From Auanema rhodensis (lineage: Eukaryota > Animalia > Nematoda), in assembly GCA_964057225.1 (NCBI GenBank), contig OZ059900.1, positions 15,190,001 to 15,254,000 of the forward strand: DNA of 64,000 nucleotides. The letters are read 5' to 3'. Both the position numbers and the translations under genes were made by a program. The notes under the pieces were generated by a model. That model was not told the origin of the DNA. It made no database searches and worked only from the letters and a program-made list of their open reading frames with translations. Positions 1 through 12,230 of this stretch are shown piece by piece (positions within the stretch are counted from its first letter, which is position 1; the number at the start of each line of letters is the position of its first letter).

Positions 1-120
1 CTAATATTGATTAAATCGATTTTTGTTCATATGAGTCGTCAAATGCAACGAATTTCATCGTGTTACATACTAAAATGAAGCATTTTACATGCTGAACACT
101 AGAAAAATACAAAAACACAG

Positions 121-138
121 TATTTCTCATGAGAAATA
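121..138. other. Perfect 18-bp palindrome TATTTCTCATGAGAAATA (T127 variant monomers; one mismatch in C127 monomers)
   Basis: TATTTCTCA is the reverse complement of TGAGAAATA. It lies at pos 121-138 of every monomer. Confidence 0.95.
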
Positions 139-2052
139 TTTTATTATGCTGGAAAACCAGTTTTTGGAAATTTCGCTGTAAACAAGGTTTTGACTTACGA
201 TTTCATGTGTTCAAACTCATGCAATGTCAATGAAACCTAGCTCAAAATTGTTTGTACAACGTCTAGTTCCACTTTCACGACAAAAAAACAGGGGTTAGAA
301 AATTAAGGAAATTAGCATATTCTGAGGGCACGCCCCTTATGGCTAATATTGATTAAATCGATTTTTGTTCATATGAGTAGTCAAATGCAACGAATTTCAG
401 CGTGTTACATACTAAAATGAAGCATTTTACATGCTGAACACTAGAAAAATACAAAAACACAGTATTTCCCATGAGAAATATTTTATTATGCTGGAAAACC
501 AGTTTTTGGAAATTTCGCTGTAAACAAGGTTTTGACTTACGATTTCATGTGTTCAAACTCATGCAATGTCAATGAAACCTAGCTCAAAATTGTTCCTACA
601 ACGTCTAAATCCACTTTCACGACAAAAAAACCGGGGTTAGAAAATTAAGTAAATTAGCATATTCTGAGGGCACGCCCCTTATGGCTAATATTGATTAAAT
701 CGATTTTTGTTCATATGAGTCGTCAAATGCAACGAATTTCAGCGTGTTACATACTAAAATGAAGCATTTCACATGCTGAACACTAGAAAAATACAAAAAC
801 ACAGTATTTCCCATGAGAAATATTTTATTATGCTGGAAAACCAGTTTTTGGAAATTTCGCTGTAAACAAGGTTTTGACTTACGATTTCATGTGTTCAAAC
901 TCATGCAATGTCAATGAAACCTAGCTCAAAATTGTTCCTACAACGTCTAGTTCCACTTTCACGACAAAAAAACAGGGGTTAGAAAATTAAGGAAATTAGC
1001 ATATTCTGAGGGCACGCCCCTTATGGCTAATATTGATTAAATCGATTTTTGTTCATATGAGTCGTCAAATGCAACGAATTTCAGCGTGTTACATACTAAA
1101 ATGAAGCATTTTACATGCTGAACACTAGAAAAATACAAAAACACAGTATTTCTCATGAGAAATATTTTATTATGCTGGAAAACCAGTTTTTGGAAATTTC
1201 GCTGTAAACAAGGTTTTGACTTACGATTTCATGTGTTCAAACTCATGCAATGTCAATGAAACCTAGCTCAAAATTGTTTGTACAACGTCTAGTTCCACTT
1301 TCACGACAAAAAAACAGGGGTTAGAAAATTAAGGAAATTAGCATATTCTGAGGGCACGCCCCTTATGGCTAATATTGATTAAATCGTATTTTGTTCATAT
1401 GAGTCGTCAAATGCAACGAATTTCAGCGTGTTACATACTAAAATGAAGCATTTTACATGCTGAACACTAGAAAAATACAAAAACACAGTATTTCCCATGA
1501 GAAATATTTTATTATGCTGGAAAACCAGTTTTTGGAAATTTCGCTGTAAACAAGGTTTTGACTTACGATTTCATGTGTTCAAACTCATGCAATGTCAATG
1601 AAACCTAGCTCAAAATTGTTCCTACAACGTCTAATTCCACTTTCACGACAAAAAAACCGGGGTTAGAAAATTAAGGAAATTAGCATATTCTGAGGGCACG
1701 CCCCTTATGGCTAATATTGATTAAATCGATTTTTGTTCATATGAGTCGTCAAATGCAACGAATTTCAGCGTGTTACATACTAAAATGAAGCATTTTACAT
1801 GCTGAACACTAGAAAAATACAAAAACACAGTATTTCCCATGAGAAATATTTTATTATGCTGGAAAACCAGTTTTTGGAAATTTCGCTGTAAACAAGGTTT
1901 TGACTTACGATTTCATGCGTTCAAACTCATGCAATGTCAATGAAACCTAGCTCAAAATTGTTCCTACAACGTCTAATTCCACTTTCACGACAAAAAAACA
2001 GGGGTTAGAAAATTAAGAAAATTAGCATATTCTGAGGGCACGCCCCTTATGG

Positions 2053-2394
2053 CTAATATTGATTAAATCGATTTTTGTTCATATGAGTCGTCAAATGCAA
2101 CGAATTTCAGCGTGTTACATACTAAAATGAAGCATTTTACATGCTGAACACTAGAAAAATACAAAAACACAGTATTTCCCATGAGAAATATTTTATTATG
2201 CTGGAAAACCAGTTTTTGGAAATTTCGCTGTAAACAAGGTTTTGACTTACGATTTCATGTGTTCAAACTCATGCAATGTCAATGAAACCTAGCTCAAAAT
2301 TGTTCCTACAACGTCTAGTTCCACTTTCACGACAAAAAAACAGGGGTTAGAAAATTAAGGAAATTAGCATATTCTGAGGGCACGCCCCTTATGG
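2053..2394. repeat. Representative consensus monomer (M7), 342 bp, ~34% GC, 9 CpG
   Basis: Carries the majority base at all recurrent variable sites (C37, G58, T86, C127, CC253-254, G266, A290, G307). Apparently identical copies occur at 2395, 6841, 8893, 13339, 15049, 25993, 28728 and 61902. Confidence 0.93.
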
Positions 2395-5300
2395 CTAATA
2401 TTGATTAAATCGATTTTTGTTCATATGAGTCGTCAAATGCAACGAATTTCAGCGTGTTACATACTAAAATGAAGCATTTTACATGCTGAACACTAGAAAA
2501 ATACAAAAACACAGTATTTCCCATGAGAAATATTTTATTATGCTGGAAAACCAGTTTTTGGAAATTTCGCTGTAAACAAGGTTTTGACTTACGATTTCAT
2601 GTGTTCAAACTCATGCAATGTCAATGAAACCTAGCTCAAAATTGTTCCTACAACGTCTAGTTCCACTTTCACGACAAAAAAACAGGGGTTAGAAAATTAA
2701 GGAAATTAGCATATTCTGAGGGCACGCCCCTTATGGCTAATATTGATTAAATCGATTTTTGTTCATATGAGTCGTCAAATGCAACGAATTTCAGCGTGTT
2801 ACATACTAAAATGAAGCATTCTACATGCTGAACACTAGAAAAATACAAAAACACAGTATTTCCCATGAGAAATATTTTATTATGCTGGAAAACCAGTTTT
2901 TGGAAATTTCGCTGTAAACAAGGTTTTGACTTACGATTTCATGTGTTCAAACTCATGCAATGTCAATGAAACCTAGCTCAAAATTGTTCCTACAACGTCT
3001 AATTCCACTCTCACGACAAAAAAACCGGGGTTAGAAAATTAAGGAAATTAGCATATTCTGAGGGCACGCCCCTTATGGCTAATATTGGTTAAATCGATTT
3101 TTGTTCATATGAGTCGTCAAATGCAACGAATTTCAGCGTGTTACATACTAAAATGAAGCATTTCACATGCTGAACACTAGAAAAATACAAAAACACAGTA
3201 TTTCCCATGAGAAATATTTTATTATGCTGGAAAACCAGTTTTTGGAAATTTCGCTGTAAACAAGGTTTTGACTTACGATTTCATGTGTTCAAACTCATGC
3301 AATGTCAATGAAACCTAGCTCAAAATTGTTCCTACAACGTCTAGTTCCACTTTCACGACAAAAAAACAGGGGTTAGAAAATTAAGGAAATTAGCATATTC
3401 TGAGGGCACGCCCCTTATGGCTAATATTGATTAAATCGATTTTTGTTCATATGAGTCGTCAAATGCAACGAATTTCAGCGTGTTACATACTAAAATGAAG
3501 CATTTTACATGCTGAACACTAGAAAAATACAAAAACACAGTATTTCTCATGAGAAATATTTTATTATGCTGGAAAACCAGTTTTTGGAAATTTCGCTGTA
3601 AACAAGGTTTTGACTTACGATTTCATGTGTTCAAACTCATGCAATGTCAATGAAACCTAGCTCAAAATTGTTTGTACAACGTCTAGTTCCACTTTCACGA
3701 CAAAAAAACAGGGGTTAGAAAATTAAGGAAATTAGCATATTCTGAGGGCACGCCCCTTATGGCTAATATTGATTAAATCGATTTTTGTTCATATGAGTAG
3801 TCAAATGCAACGAATTTAAGCGTGTTACATACTAAAATGAAGCATTTTACATGCTGAACACTAGAAAAATACAAAAACACAGTATTTCCCATGAGAAATA
3901 TTTTATTATGCTGGAAAACCAGTTTTTGGAAATTTCGCTGTAAACAAGGTTTTGACTTACGATTTCATGTGTTCAAACTCATGCAATGTCAATGAAACCT
4001 AGCTCAAAATTGTTCCTACAACGTCTAATTCCACTTTCACGACAAAAAAACCGGGGTTAGAAAATTAAGGAAATTAGCATATTCTGAGGGCACGCCCCTT
4101 ATGGCTAATATTGATTAAATCGATTTTTGTTCATATGAGTCGTCAAATGCAACGAATTTCAGCGTGTTACATACTAAAATGAAGCATTTCACATGCTGAA
4201 CACTAGAAAAATACAAAAACACAGTATTTCCCATGAGAAATATTTTATTATGCTGGAAAACCAGTTTTTGGAAATTTCGCTGTAAACAAGGTTTTGACTT
4301 ACGATTTCATGTGTTCAAACTCATGCAATGTCAATGAAACCTAGCTCAAAATTGTTCCTACAACGTCTAGTTCCACTTTCACGACAAAAAAACAGGGGTT
4401 AGAAAATTAAGGAAATTAGCATATTCTGAGGGCACGCCCCTTATGGCTAATATTGATTAAATCGATTTTTGTTCATATGAGTCGTCAAATGCAACGAATT
4501 TCAGCGTGTTACATACTAAAATGAAGCATTTTACATGCTGAACACTAGAAAAATACAAAAACACAGTATTTCCCATGAGAAATATTTTATTATGCTGGAA
4601 AACCAGTTTTTGGAAATTTCGCTGTAAACAAGGTTTTGACTTACGATTTCATGTGTTCAAACTCATGCAATGTCAATAAAACCTAGCTCAAAATTGTTCT
4701 TACAACGTCTAGTTCCACTTTCACGACAAAAAAACAGGGGTTAGAAAATTAATGAAATTAGCATATTCTGAGGGCACGCCCCTTATGGCTAATATTGATT
4801 AAATCGATTTTTGTTCATATGAGTCGTCAAATGCAACGAATTTCATCGTGTTACATACTAAAATGAAGCATTTTACATGCTGAACACTAGAAAAATACAA
4901 AAACACAGTATTTCTCATGAGAAATATTTTATTATGCTGGAAAACCAGTTTTTGGAAATTTCGCTGTAAACAAGGTTTTGACTTACGATTTCATGTGTTC
5001 AAACTCATGCAATGTCAATGAAACCTAGCTCAAAATTGTTCCTACAACGTCTAGTTCCACTTTCACGACAAAAAAACAGGGGTTAGAAAATTAAGGAAAT
5101 TAGCATATTCTGAGGGCACGCCCCTTATGGCTAATATTGATTAAATCGATTTTTGTTCATATGAGTAGTCAAATGCAACGAATTTCAGCGTGTTACATAC
5201 TAAAATGAAGCATTTTACATGCTGAACACTAGAAAAATACAAAAACACAGTATTTCCCATGAGAAATATTTTATTATGCTGGAAAACCAGTTTTTGGAAA

Positions 5301-5472
5301 TTTCGCTGTAAACAAGGTTTTGACTTACGATTTCATGTGTTCAAACTCATGCAATGTCAATGAAACCTAGCTCAAAATTGTTCCTACAACGTCTAATTCC
5401 ACTTTCACGACAAAAAAACCGGGGTTAGAAAATTAAGGAAATTAGCATATTCTGAGGGCACGCCCCTTATGG

Positions 5473-8400
5473 CTAATATTGATTAAATCGATTTTTGTTC
5501 ATATGAGTCGTCAAATGCAACGAATTTCAGCGTGTTACATACTAAAATGAAGCATTTCACATGCTGAACACTAGAAAAATACAAAAACACAGTATTTCCC
5601 ATGAGAAATATTTTATTATGCTGGAAAACCAGTTTTTGGAAATTTCGCTGTAAACAAGGTTTTGACTTACGATTTCATGTGTTCAAACTCATGCAATGTC
5701 AATGAAACCTAGCTCAAAATTGTTCCTACAACGTCTAGTTCCACTTTCACGACAAAAAAACAGGGGTTAGAAAATTAAGGAAATTAGCATATTCTGAGGG
5801 CACGCCCCTTATGGCTAATATTGATTAAATCGATTTTTGTTCATATGAGTAGTCAAATGCAACGAATTTCAGCGTGTTACATACTAAAATGAAGCATTTT
5901 ACATGCTGAACACTAGAAAAATACAAAAACACAGTATTTCCCATGAGAAATATTTTATTATGCTGGAAAACCAGTTTTTGGAAATTTCGCTGTAAACAAG
6001 GTTTTGACTTACGATTTCATGTGTTCAAACTCATGCAATGTCAATGAAACCTAGCTCAAAATTGTTCCTACAACGTCTAGTTCCACTTTCACGACAAAAA
6101 AACCGGGGTTAGAAAATTAAGGAAATTAGCATATTCTGAGGGCACGCCCCTTATGGCTAATATTGATTAAATCGATTTTTGTTCATATGAGTCGTCAAAT
6201 GCAACGAATTTCAGCGTGTTACATACTAAAATGAAGCATTTTACATGCTGAACACTAGAAAAATACAAAAACACAGTATTTCTCATGAGAAATATTTTAT
6301 TATGCTGGAAAACCAGTTTTTGGAAATTTCGCTGTAAACAAGGTTTTGACTTACGATTTCATGTGTTCAAACTCATGCAATGTCAATGAAACCTAGCTCA
6401 AAATTGTTCCTACAACGTCTAATTCCACTTTCACGACAAAAAAACCGGGGTTAGAAAATTAAGGAAATTAGCATATTCTGAGGGCACGCCCCTTATGGCT
6501 AATATTGATTAAATCGATTTTTGTTCATATGAGTCGTCAAATGCAACGAATTTCAGCGTGTTACATACTAAAATGAAGCATTTTACATGCTGAACACTAG
6601 AAAAATACAAAAACACAGTATTTCCCATGAGAAATATTTTATTATGCTGGAAAACCAGTTTTTGGAAATTTCGCTGTAAACAAGGTTTTGACTTACGATT
6701 TCATGCGTTCAAACTCATGCAATGTCAATGAAACCTAGCTCAAAATTGTTCCTACAACGTCTAATTCCACTTTCACGACAAAAAAACAGGGGTTAGAAAA
6801 TTAAGAAAATTAGCATATTCTGAGGGCACGCCCCTTATGGCTAATATTGATTAAATCGATTTTTGTTCATATGAGTCGTCAAATGCAACGAATTTCAGCG
6901 TGTTACATACTAAAATGAAGCATTTTACATGCTGAACACTAGAAAAATACAAAAACACAGTATTTCCCATGAGAAATATTTTATTATGCTGGAAAACCAG
7001 TTTTTGGAAATTTCGCTGTAAACAAGGTTTTGACTTACGATTTCATGTGTTCAAACTCATGCAATGTCAATGAAACCTAGCTCAAAATTGTTCCTACAAC
7101 GTCTAGTTCCACTTTCACGACAAAAAAACAGGGGTTAGAAAATTAAGGAAATTAGCATATTCTGAGGGCACGCCCCTTATGGCTAATATTGATTAAATCG
7201 ATTTTTGTTCATATGAGTCGTCAAATGCAACGAATTTCAGCGTGTTACATACTAAAATGAAGCATTCTACATGCTGAACACTAGAAAAATACAAAAACAC
7301 AGTATTTCCCATGAGAAATATTTTATTATGCTGGAAAACCAGTTTTTGGAAATTTCGCTGTAAACAAGGTTTTGACTTACGATTTCATGTGTTCAAACTC
7401 ATGCAATGTCAATGAAACCTAGCTCAAAATTGTTCCTACAACGTCTAATTCCACTTTCACGACAAAAAAACCGGGGTTAGAAAATTAAGGAAATTAGCAT
7501 ATTCTGAGGGCACGCCCCTTATGGCTAATATTGATTAAATCGATTTTTGTTCATATGAGTCGTCAAATGCAACGAATTTCAGCGTGTTACATACTAAAAT
7601 GAAGCATTTCACATGCTGAACACTAGAAAAATACAAAAACACAGTATTTCCCATGAGAAATATTTTATTATGCTGGAAAACCAGTTTTTGGAAATTTCGC
7701 TGTAAACAAGGTTTTGACTTACGATTTCATGTGTTCAAACTCATGCAATGTCAATGAAACCTAGCTCAAAATTGTTCCTACAACGTCTAGTTCCACTTTC
7801 ACGACAAAAAAACAGGGGTTAGAAAATTAAGGAAATTAGCATATTCTGAGGGCACGCCCCTTATGGCTAATATTGATTAAATCGATTTTTGTTCATATGA
7901 GTAGTCAAATGCAACGAATTTCAGCGTGTTACATACTAAAATGAAGCATTTTACATGCTGAACACTAGAAAAATACAAAAACACAGTATTTCCCATGAGA
8001 AATATTTTATTATGCTGGAAAACCAGTTTTTGGAAATTTCGCTGTAAACAAGGTTTTGACTTACGATTTCATGTGTTCAAACTCATGCAATGTCAATGAA
8101 ACCTAGCTCAAAATTGTTCCTACAACGTCTAGTTCCACTTTCACGACAAAAAAACCGGGGTTAGAAAATTAAGGAAATTAGCATATTCTGAGGGCACGCC
8201 CCTTATGGCTAATATTGATTAAATCGATTTTTGTTCATATGAGTCGTCAAATGCAACGAATTTCAGCGTGTTACATACTAAAATGAAGCATTTTACATGC
8301 TGAACACTAGAAAAATACAAAAACACAGTATTTCTCATGAGAAATATTTTATTATGCTGGAAAACCAGTTTTTGGAAATTTCGCTGTAAACAAGGTTTTG

Positions 8401-9576
8401 ACTTACGATTTCATGTGTTCAAACTCATGCAATGTCAATGAAACCTAGCTCAAAATTGTTCCTACAACGTCTAATTCCACTTTCACGACAAAAAAACCGG
8501 GGTTAGAAAATTAAGGAAATTAGCATATTCTGAGGGCACGCCCCTTATGGCTAATATTGATTAAATCGATTTTTGTTCATATGAGTCGTCAAATGCAACG
8601 AATTTCAGCGTGTTACATACTAAAATGAAGCATTTTACATGCTGAACACTAGAAAAATACAAAAACACAGTATTTCCCATGAGAAATATTTTATTATGCT
8701 GGAAAACCAGTTTTTGGAAATTTCGCTGTAAACAAGGTTTTGACTTACGATTTCATGCGTTCAAACTCATGCAATGTCAATGAAACCTAGCTCAAAATTG
8801 TTCCTACAACGTCTAATTCCACTTTCACGACAAAAAAACAGGGGTTAGAAAATTAAGAAAATTAGCATATTCTGAGGGCACGCCCCTTATGGCTAATATT
8901 GATTAAATCGATTTTTGTTCATATGAGTCGTCAAATGCAACGAATTTCAGCGTGTTACATACTAAAATGAAGCATTTTACATGCTGAACACTAGAAAAAT
9001 ACAAAAACACAGTATTTCCCATGAGAAATATTTTATTATGCTGGAAAACCAGTTTTTGGAAATTTCGCTGTAAACAAGGTTTTGACTTACGATTTCATGT
9101 GTTCAAACTCATGCAATGTCAATGAAACCTAGCTCAAAATTGTTCCTACAACGTCTAGTTCCACTTTCACGACAAAAAAACAGGGGTTAGAAAATTAAGG
9201 AAATTAGCATATTCTGAGGGCACGCCCCTTATGGCTAATATTGATTAAATCGATTTTTGTTCATATGAGTCGTCAAATGCAACGAATTTCAGCGTGTTAC
9301 ATACTAAAATGAAGCATTCTACATGCTGAACACTAGAAAAATACAAAAACACAGTATTTCCCATGAGAAATATTTTATTATGCTGGAAAACCAGTTTTTG
9401 GAAATTTCGCTGTAAACAAGGTTTTGACTTACGATTTCATGTGTTCAAACTCATGCAATGTCAATGAAACCTAGCTCAAAATTGTTCCTACAACGTCTAA
9501 TTCCACTTTCACGACAAAAAAACCGGGGTTAGAAAATTAAGGAAATTAGCATATTCTGAGGGCACGCCCCTTATGG
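5473..9576. repeat. Tandem duplication of a 6-monomer block (period 2052 bp; M17-22 = M23-28)
   Basis: The variant order C86 | A37,C290 | T127,A266,C290 | C208,A266,A308 | consensus | C85,A266,C290 occurs twice in a row. Confidence 0.88.
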
Positions 9577-12230
9577 CTAATATTGGTTAAATCGATTTTT
9601 GTTCATATGAGTCGTCAAATGCAACGAATTTCAGCGTGTTACATACTAAAATGAAGCATTTCACATGCTGAACACTAGAAAAATACAAAAACACAGTATT
9701 TCCCATGAGAAATATTTTATTATGCTGGAAAACCAGTTTTTGGAAATTTCGCTGTAAACAAGGTTTTGACTTACGATTTCATGTGTTCAAACTCATGCAA
9801 TGTCAATGAAACCTAGCTCAAAATTGTTCCTACAACGTCTAGTTCCACTTTCACGACAAAAAAACAGGGGTTAGAAAATTAAGGAAATTAGCATATTCTG
9901 AGGGCACGCCCCTTATGGCTAATATTGATTAAATCGATTTTTGTTCATATGAGTCGTCAAATGCAACGAATTTCAGCGTGTTACATACTAAAATGAAGCA
10001 TTTTACATGCTGAACACTAGAAAAATACAAAAACACAGTATTTCTCATGAGAAATATTTTATTATGCTGGAAAACCAGTTTTTGGAAATTTCGCTGTAAA
10101 CAAGGTTTTGACTTACGATTTCATGTGTTCAAACTCATGCAATGTCAATGAAACCTAGCTCAAAATTGTTTGTACAACGTCTAGTTCCACTTTCACGACA
10201 AAAAAACAGGGGTTAGAAAATTAAGGAAATTAGCATATTCTGAGGGCACGCCCCTTATGGCTAATATTGATTAAATCGATTTTTGTTCATATGAGTAGTC
10301 AAATGCAACGAATTTCAGCGTGTTACATACTAAAATGAAGCATTTTACATGCTGAACACTAGAAAAATACAAAAACACAGTATTTCCCATGAGAAATATT
10401 TTATTATGCTGGAAAACCAGTTTTTGGAAATTTCGCTGTAAACAAGGTTTTGACTTACGATTTCATGTGTTCAAACTCATGCAATGTCAATGAAACCTAG
10501 CTCAAAATTGTTCCTACAACGTCTAATTCCACTTTCACGACAAAAAAACCGGGGTTAGAAAATTAAGGAAATTAGCATATTCTGAGGGCACGCCCCTTAT
10601 GGCTAATATTGATTAAATCGATTTTTGTTCATATGAGTCGTCAAATGCAACGAATTTCAGCGTGTTACATACTAAAATGAAGCATTTCACATGCTGAACA
10701 CTAGAAAAATACAAAAACACAGTATTTCCCATGAGAAATATTTTATTATGCTGGAAAACCAGTTTTTGGAAATTTCGCTGTAAACAAGGTTTTGACTTAC
10801 GATTTCATGTGTTCAAACTCATGCAATGTCAATGAAACCTAGCTCAAAATTGTTCCTACAACGTCTAATTCCACTTTCACGACAAAAAAACCGGGGTTAG
10901 AAAATTAAGGAAATTAGCATATTCTGAGGGCACGCCCCTTATGGCTAATATTGGTTAAATCGATTTTTGTTCATATGAGTCGTCAAATGCAACGAATTTC
11001 AGCGTGTTACATACTAAAATGAAGCATTTCACATGCTGAACACTAGAAAAATACAAAAACACAGTATTTCCCATGAGAAATATTTTATTATGCTGGAAAA
11101 CCAGTTTTTGGAAATTTCGCTGTAAACAAGGTTTTGACTTACGATTTCATGTGTTCAAACTCATGCAATGTCAATGAAACCTAGCTCAAAATTGTTCCTA
11201 CAACGTCTAGTTCCACTTTCACGACAAAAAAACAGGGGTTAGAAAATTAAGGAAATTAGCATATTCTGAGGGCACGCCCCTTATGGCTAATATTGATTAA
11301 ATCGATTTTTGTTCATATGAGTCGTCAAATGCAACGAATTTCAGCGTGTTACATACTAAAATGAAGCATTTTACATGCTGAACACTAGAAAAATACAAAA
11401 ACACAGTATTTCTCATGAGAAATATTTTATTATGCTGGAAAACCAGTTTTTGGAAATTTCGCTGTAAACAAGGTTTTGACTTACGATTTCATGTGTTCAA
11501 ACTCATGCAATGTCAATGAAACCTAGCTCAAAATTGTTTGTACAACGTCTAGTTCCACTTTCACGACAAAAAAACAGGGGTTAGAAAATTAAGGAAATTA
11601 GCATATTCTGAGGGCACGCCCCTTATGGCTAATATTGATTAAATCGATTTTTGTTCATATGAGTAGTCAAATGCAACGAATTTCAGCGTGTTACATACTA
11701 AAATGAAGCATTTTACATGCTGAACACTAGAAAAATACAAAAACACAGTATTTCCCATGAGAAATATTTTATTATGCTGGAAAACCAGTTTTTGGAAATT
11801 TCGCTGTAAACAAGGTTTTGACTTACGATTTCATGTGTTCAAACTCATGCAATGTCAATGAAACCTAGCTCAAAATTGTTCCTACAACGTCTAATTCCAC
11901 TTTCACGACAAAAAAACCGGGGTTAGAAAATTAAGGAAATTAGCATATTCTGAGGGCACGCCCCTTATGGCTAATATTGATTAAATCGATTTTTGTTCAT
12001 ATGAGTCGTCAAATGCAACGAATTTCAGCGTGTTACATACTAAAATGAAGCATTTCACATGCTGAACACTAGAAAAATACAAAAACACAGTATTTCCCAT
12101 GAGAAATATTTTATTATGCTGGAAAACCAGTTTTTGGAAATTTCGCTGTAAACAAGGTTTTGACTTACGATTTCATGTGTTCAAACTCATGCAATGTCAA
12201 TGAAACCTAGCTCAAAATTGTTCCTACAAC
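9577..12230. repeat. Tandem duplication of a 4-monomer block (period 1368 bp; M29-32 ~ M33-36)
   Basis: The rare G10 (ATTGGTT) monomer occurs at 9577 and 10945. Each is followed by T127/TG253, then A37/A266/C290, then a C86 monomer. Confidence 0.8.

Noticed and set aside
37-53. CENP-B box-like motif on the minus strand (ATTCGTTGCATTTGACG)
   Set aside because: It matches TTCG and the central A, but only 6 of the 9 essential positions of NTTCGNNNNANNCGGGN. The CGGG half is missing, so it is probably chance.
291-308. Telomere-like words GGGGTTAG / TTAAGG / TTTAGG
   Set aside because: They are single, non-tandem occurrences per monomer, so not a telomeric tract, and there are too few G-runs for a G-quadruplex.
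1-342. Primate alpha-satellite dimer (2x171 bp)
   Set aside because: The length coincides, but the sequence does not resemble the alphoid consensus as I recall it, and the two halves do not align as 171-bp monomers.
1-342. Tandem RNA gene unit (5S rRNA, tRNA, snRNA or spliced-leader repeat)
   Set aside because: I could not recognise a 5S, tRNA cloverleaf, A/B-box or SL/Sm-site pattern. An Rfam/Infernal scan would be the decisive test.
1381-1395. Singleton variants such as AAATCGTATT (M5), TTTAAGCG (M12), TTAGAG (M46) and TTAGGAT (M56)
   Set aside because: Each is seen once and cannot be distinguished from sequencing or consensus error, so no biological claim is made.
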